Positions 59,874 through 64,000 of a stretch of DNA of 64,000 nucleotides are shown here, piece by piece. Position 1 is the stretch's first letter. The number at the start of each line of letters is the position of its first letter. Location: NCBI GenBank assembly GCA_030445775.1, contig JASUTC010000001.1:28914-92913 (forward strand). Reading direction: 5' to 3'. Position numbers and translations under genes: made by a program. The notes under the pieces were generated by a model. The model saw only the letters and a list, made by a program, of their open reading frames with translations, did no database searches and had not been told where the DNA came from. Source of the DNA: Thermotogaceae bacterium (GTDB lineage: Bacteria; Thermotogota; Thermotogae; MWEM01).

Positions 59874-60456
59874 AGAAATCATAGAAAGAATCAAAAAGAA
59901 TCTTAATCCAAAACGCCTGGAACATACGATGGGGGTTTTGGATTATTCAATTTTACTGGCTGAAAAGCATGATGAAGAGATCTTACCTGTTAAGATTGGC
60001 GCCCTTTATCATGATGCATACAGGAATCATAAAAAGAGTGAAATGATCCAAATGGCAAAAAAACATCAGCTTCATATAACAAAGGAAGAAGCGTTTAATC
60101 CGGTTCTTTTACATGGAAAATTGGCGGCCAATGACTTAAAAAATAGATACCCAAACCTATTGAGAATTGAGGAAATAGCCCAAGCCGTTGAGTATCATAC
60201 CACTGGATATGTTTTTAGTTCAAAAATAGGTAAAATCATTTTTATTGCGGATTCTTTGGAAAAAAACAGAATCTATCCCGGTGTAGATGAACTGAGAAAA
60301 CTTTCAATAGAAGATTTGAATACAGCTTTTTTCCTTATTCTTAAGGGAAAAGTCAGATTGGCATTAGAAAAAAATCATTTGATACTAAAAGAAACCTTAA
60401 AGGCTTATAATAGAGCGTTAATAAACAGGGAGAGTATAAATGATCAACATTCTTGA
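59839..60456 (+). CDS. HD-domain phosphohydrolase of the YqeK type (Ap4A hydrolase-like)
   Basis: RLEHTMGV...IGALYHDAYR is an HD motif. The likely start is MIVEEII at 59863. Confidence 0.65.
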   Translation: MGLLLKSDMIVEEIIERIKKNLNPKRLEHTMGVLDYSILLAEKHDEEILPVKIGALYHDAYRNHKKSEMIQMAKKHQLHITKEEAFNPVLLHGKLAANDLKNRYPNLLRIEEIAQAVEYHTTGYVFSSKIGKIIFIADSLEKNRIYPGVDELRKLSIEDLNTAFFLILKGKVRLALEKNHLILKETLKAYNRALINRESINDQHS

Positions 60457-61474
60457 ATTCAATTTGAATGAACTAAAACAACATTTCATAAAAAGAGGTG
60501 TCAAACCCTTTCGAGCAGAGCAGATTTTCGATTGGATCTTTAAAAAGCATGTTTTTGATTTTTCAAAAATGCTCAATCTCCCAAAGGACTTCCGGGATGT
60601 GCTTAAAATGGAATATGTCATTGGCTTCCCCGAGTTATCCAATAAACAGATTTCATCTGTAGATGGTACCCATAAATACCTTTGGAATCTGGATGATGGA
60701 GAGAAGATCGAATCTGTGTTACTTATCCATAAGGACAGAAATACAGCATGTATTTCAACTCAAGTGGGTTGCAGCCTCAAATGCGGTTTTTGTGCAACCG
60801 GAAAATCCGGCTTTTCACGAAATCTGAAGGTATCGGAAATTGTCGGACAAGTGTTGGCAATGACTGTAGAGTATGGAGAAAGAATAGGAAATATTGTTTA
60901 TATGGGAATGGGAGAACCTTTTCTTAATTACGATAACCTGAAGAAATCCATTCAAATACTTCATTCCAAAGAGGCGTTTGATATTTCAAAACGAAGGATT
61001 TCAGTATCTACAGCCGGAATCATACCCGGTATCTTGAAAATGGCAGAAGATTTCCCTGAAGTAGTACTGTCTATCTCGTTACATGCACCCAACAACCGGA
61101 TCAGAGAAAGATTAATGCCAATTAGTCAAACTTACCCATTCCAACAGTTGATTCATACAGTTAGGCAATACAATGAAATTACAGGTAAACGTGTGACTAT
61201 TGAATATTTGTTAATCAAGGAAGTAAACGATTCTTTGGAACAAGCCGTTTTATTGGCAAAAACACTGAAAGAATTAAAAGTAAATCTTAATTTAATTCCC
61301 GTTAATCCGGTTAATCCTGACTTTGAAAGACCCAGTTTCAAACAAATCTCAGCTTTTAAGCAAATAATGGAAAAAAGTGGAATAGACACTGTTATTAGAC
61401 AAGAAAAAGGAACCGATATCGCCGGTGCTTGCGGGCAGCTGAAAACTCAAAGTATCAAGGGGGAAGTGTTTTGA
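60440..61474 (+). CDS. rlmN: 23S rRNA/tRNA adenine-C2 methyltransferase (radical SAM)
   Basis: The radical-SAM cluster motif GCSLKCGFC together with the MGMGEP block, 344 aa. Confidence 0.85.
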   Translation: MINILEFNLNELKQHFIKRGVKPFRAEQIFDWIFKKHVFDFSKMLNLPKDFRDVLKMEYVIGFPELSNKQISSVDGTHKYLWNLDDGEKIESVLLIHKDRNTACISTQVGCSLKCGFCATGKSGFSRNLKVSEIVGQVLAMTVEYGERIGNIVYMGMGEPFLNYDNLKKSIQILHSKEAFDISKRRISVSTAGIIPGILKMAEDFPEVVLSISLHAPNNRIRERLMPISQTYPFQQLIHTVRQYNEITGKRVTIEYLLIKEVNDSLEQAVLLAKTLKELKVNLNLIPVNPVNPDFERPSFKQISAFKQIMEKSGIDTVIRQEKGTDIAGACGQLKTQSIKGEVF

Positions 61475-62364
61475 AAAAGATTGCTGTAGGAATTTTAATC
61501 GTTGTCGTTTTTATTGGGATGTTTTTCTTCTTAAAGGCAAGTTTCGCCAATGAAATCTTTATTGATCCTGTGATTTTCACCGTTGGACCCCTTGAGATCC
61601 GTTGGTACGGGGTCATCATCGCCACGGGTATCATCATTTGTTATCTTATCGGCAGAAGACTTGCGATGAAAGAGGGGATTGACGACGAGCATGTTGCAGA
61701 AGCATTAATAGTTGGTGTGATTAGCGGAATTGTTGGGGCCCGATTGTACTATGTTTTCTCCAGATGGGATATCTATTCCCAGGTACCGGGAGAAATCTTT
61801 AAGACTTGGCATGGTGGGATGGCCATTCATGGTGGAGTTATTGGTGCCATGATTGGTGTTTTTATTTATACAAAACTCAGAAAAAAATGTACCTTCACGT
61901 TTTTACAAGGTTTTGATATTGCCGCTTTGATGCTTCCTTTGGGACAGGCTGTCGGAAGATGGGGGAATTTTTGTAATCACGAGGCATATGGCAAACCCAC
62001 CGATTTACCTTGGAAAATGTACATTCCGCCAAGGTTCAGAATGCCGGGGTATGAATCATTTGAGTTCTTCCATCCCACCTTTTTATACGAATCCCTTTGG
62101 AATATCGGTGTTTTTATCTTTTTGTTCTGGTTTTATAAAAACAAACGGAAGAATTTCGGTGAAATTCTTGCACTGTATATGATTTTATATTCCATTGCAA
62201 GGTTCTTTATCGAAGGATTAAGATTGGACAGCTTATATTGGGGAGAATACCGAGCTGCACAAATCACAAGTATTCTTTTAATCACCTTTGGAATCATTCT
62301 GTTTGTTTTGGTGAGAAAGTTTGGAAAGGGTAATCATTCTGAAAAAACACCTTCAAAGAAATAG
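61429..62364 (+). CDS. lgt: Prolipoprotein diacylglyceryl transferase
   Basis: The signature GRWGNFCNHEAYG is present. A TTG at 61471 has a GGGGGAA RBS and is a plausible alternative start. Confidence 0.8.
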   Translation: MRAAENSKYQGGSVLKKIAVGILIVVVFIGMFFFLKASFANEIFIDPVIFTVGPLEIRWYGVIIATGIIICYLIGRRLAMKEGIDDEHVAEALIVGVISGIVGARLYYVFSRWDIYSQVPGEIFKTWHGGMAIHGGVIGAMIGVFIYTKLRKKCTFTFLQGFDIAALMLPLGQAVGRWGNFCNHEAYGKPTDLPWKMYIPPRFRMPGYESFEFFHPTFLYESLWNIGVFIFLFWFYKNKRKNFGEILALYMILYSIARFFIEGLRLDSLYWGEYRAAQITSILLITFGIILFVLVRKFGKGNHSEKTPSKK

Positions 62365-62381
62365 AAAGGAAGCAATTTCAT

Positions 62382-63776
62382 ATGCAAGAAATTAGAAGAA
62401 TCCCACCGAATGATTTAGAGGCTGAAAGAGCCGTTCTTGGCTCAATTCTTTTGGACCCGGAAGTCGCCGGTGATGTATTCGAAATTCTCAGACATGAAGA
62501 TTTCTACAATCATTCCCATCAATTGATCTATAATTGCATGGAATTGTTATACGATGATGCTGAAGCCATCGATCCTTTGACCGTTTCCGATCTGTTGAGG
62601 AAACAAAAACAATTGGAGACGGTGGGTGGGGAACTGGCTATCGCACAATTGGCAGATAGCGTTCCCACCTCTGCTCATGCCACCCATTATGCAAAAGTGG
62701 TCAGAGAAAAATCCATATTGAGAAATTTGATAAACTCAGGCAGCAAAATTGTGGAGAGTGCGTTTAGTCAGGATGACGTTGACAATATTCTGGACCAGGC
62801 TGAAAGAAGTATTTTAAGTATAGGCGAAAGATACATCGAGAAATCCTACGCACCGATCGGAAAGATTGTTCACGATGCCTTTGATAAACTGGATCAAATA
62901 AAAGTACGTCATGACTCTCCTGAAGGTTCACTACTGGTGACGGGTCTTGCCACCGGTTTTAAATCTTTGGATGAAATGACAACTGGTTTTCATCGTTCTG
63001 ATTTGGTCATCGTTGCAGCCCGACCTTCAATGGGTAAATCTGCTTTAGCCTTACAACTGGCCAGAAACATGGCCGTCGATTACGGATATAAAGTGGGCAT
63101 ATTTAGCCTTGAAATGTCATCGGAACAGATCGCTTTAAGATTGCTTAGCCTTGAATCAAAGGTCAATTTTGAAAAGCTCAGAAAAGCGGACATTTCAGCC
63201 GATGAGTGGAACCGTTTGACTGCCGCCGCAAGTAAATTCATGAAAGCCTCTATCATTATCGATGACGACTCTATGCTGGATCCCAGAGGATTAAGAACAA
63301 AAGTCAGAAGGATAAAAAAGGAATATGGATTAGACGCTATCGTGATCGATTATCTTCAATTGATGAACAGCGGGAGAAATCGTGAAAACCGACAACAAGA
63401 AATCTCAGAAATTTCCAGAAGCCTTAAAGTACTTGGCAGGGAAATGGATATTGCCGTCATCTCTGCCTCTCAGCTTTCTCGTTCTGTGGAACAACGAGAA
63501 GATAAAAGACCGAGATTATCCGATTTAAGAGAATCAGGTGCCATTGAGCAGGATGCAGACACAGTCATTTTTATTCATAGAGAAACTTATTATAAACGGG
63601 CAAAGTTTGAAGAGGATGAAGATGTGGGAGAAATACAAATGCTCAATCACCCACATCCAGCAGAGATTATTATTGGTAAACAACGAAACGGACCTGTTGG
63701 AAGTATTAACCTCATCTTTGACCCAACCGTAGTGGGGTTCTTCTCTATGGAAAAATCCTTTATCTCAAAAGAATAG
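62382..63776 (+). CDS. dnaB: Replicative DNA helicase
   Basis: The N-terminal domain, Walker A ARPSMGKSA and the DnaB C-terminal RecA fold are recognisable; 464 aa. Confidence 0.85.
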   Translation: MQEIRRIPPNDLEAERAVLGSILLDPEVAGDVFEILRHEDFYNHSHQLIYNCMELLYDDAEAIDPLTVSDLLRKQKQLETVGGELAIAQLADSVPTSAHATHYAKVVREKSILRNLINSGSKIVESAFSQDDVDNILDQAERSILSIGERYIEKSYAPIGKIVHDAFDKLDQIKVRHDSPEGSLLVTGLATGFKSLDEMTTGFHRSDLVIVAARPSMGKSALALQLARNMAVDYGYKVGIFSLEMSSEQIALRLLSLESKVNFEKLRKADISADEWNRLTAAASKFMKASIIIDDDSMLDPRGLRTKVRRIKKEYGLDAIVIDYLQLMNSGRNRENRQQEISEISRSLKVLGREMDIAVISASQLSRSVEQREDKRPRLSDLRESGAIEQDADTVIFIHRETYYKRAKFEEDEDVGEIQMLNHPHPAEIIIGKQRNGPVGSINLIFDPTVVGFFSMEKSFISKE

Positions 63777-63789
63777 GAAAATCAGATCT

Positions 63790-64000
63790 ATGAAAATTCT
63801 TCTCATCAATCCTTGGATTTACGATGTAGCTTCTTTTGATTACTGGTTAAAGCCCTTAGGACTATTGATTTTGGCCAGAAAACTCCATGAAAGCGGCCAT
63901 GAATTACAATTGATCGACTGTTTAGATAGATACGATCCAGATCTGATTCAATACATAGGAAAACCAATTAAAAGTAAATGGAATGGTACGGGAAAATTTT
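63790..64000 (+). CDS. N-terminus of a B12-binding-domain radical-SAM (class B, COG1032-type) protein, truncated by the window edge
   Basis: My translation MKILLINPWIYDVASFDYWLKPLGLLILARKLHESGHELQLIDCLDRYDP... fits the Rossmann-like start of cobalamin-binding rSAM enzymes. An aggaaaa RBS is present. Confidence 0.5.
   Translation, partial: MKILLINPWIYDVASFDYWLKPLGLLILARKLHESGHELQLIDCLDRYDPDLIQYIGKPIKSKWNGTGKF

Noticed and set aside
1-64000. Search for CRISPR arrays, tRNA or rRNA genes, and integrase, transposase or phage genes
   Set aside because: The largest spacer is 270 bp. I saw no regularly spaced direct repeats and no GGTTCGAATCC-type tRNA T-arm motif. No ORF has a recombinase or transposase motif. 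The window looks like core chromosome.

Overview
The window is a low-GC (~33%) bacterial chromosomal segment, densely coding on both strands, with about 60 genes and very short intergenic spacers. I found no rRNA, tRNA, CRISPR array, integrase or transposase. Much of the content is housekeeping and recognisable from motifs: adenine deaminase, a GH2 beta-mannosidase, a cation diffusion facilitator (CDF), HU, a split methionine synthase (metF, metH and a separate reactivation-domain gene), yaaR-holB-yaaT synteny, xseA-xseB-dxs, gpsA, plsC, argF, two ROK kinases, rsmD, recQ, serS, slyD-like FKBP, a basic-membrane-protein (BMP) lipoprotein, mtaD-like deaminase, rlmN, lgt and dnaB. The split MetH, BMP lipoprotein and mannosidase are consistent with a Thermotogota-like organism, which is an inference. 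The most unusual region is 11.9-18.0 kb: two radical-SAM (rSAM) enzymes, one with an atypical Cx5Cx2C cluster motif, bracket a novel C-terminally membrane-anchored protein. A clear paralogue of that protein lies just downstream, flanking a divergent MATE efflux pump, and is translationally coupled to the methionine-synthase genes. I cannot assign this family a function and flag it as the best candidate for an undescribed system. The window also carries an unusual c-di-GMP gene set: a ROK sugar kinase fused to PAS and an intact GGDEF, a two-TM sensor with a degenerate GGDEF (REGTF), and an HD-GYP variant (GFP) coupled to a GlpP-family protein. Other points of interest are an orphan REC-HPt protein beside a SARP/BTAD-like regulator, a DinG/XPD helicase with a PD-(D/E)xK-like N-terminal extension, a GerW/YtfJ-like lipoprotein next to a YjfB motility-like gene, a possibly frameshifted ABC-2 permease, a well-signalled 46-aa gene missing from the ORF track, and a truncated B12-type rSAM gene at the 3' edge.
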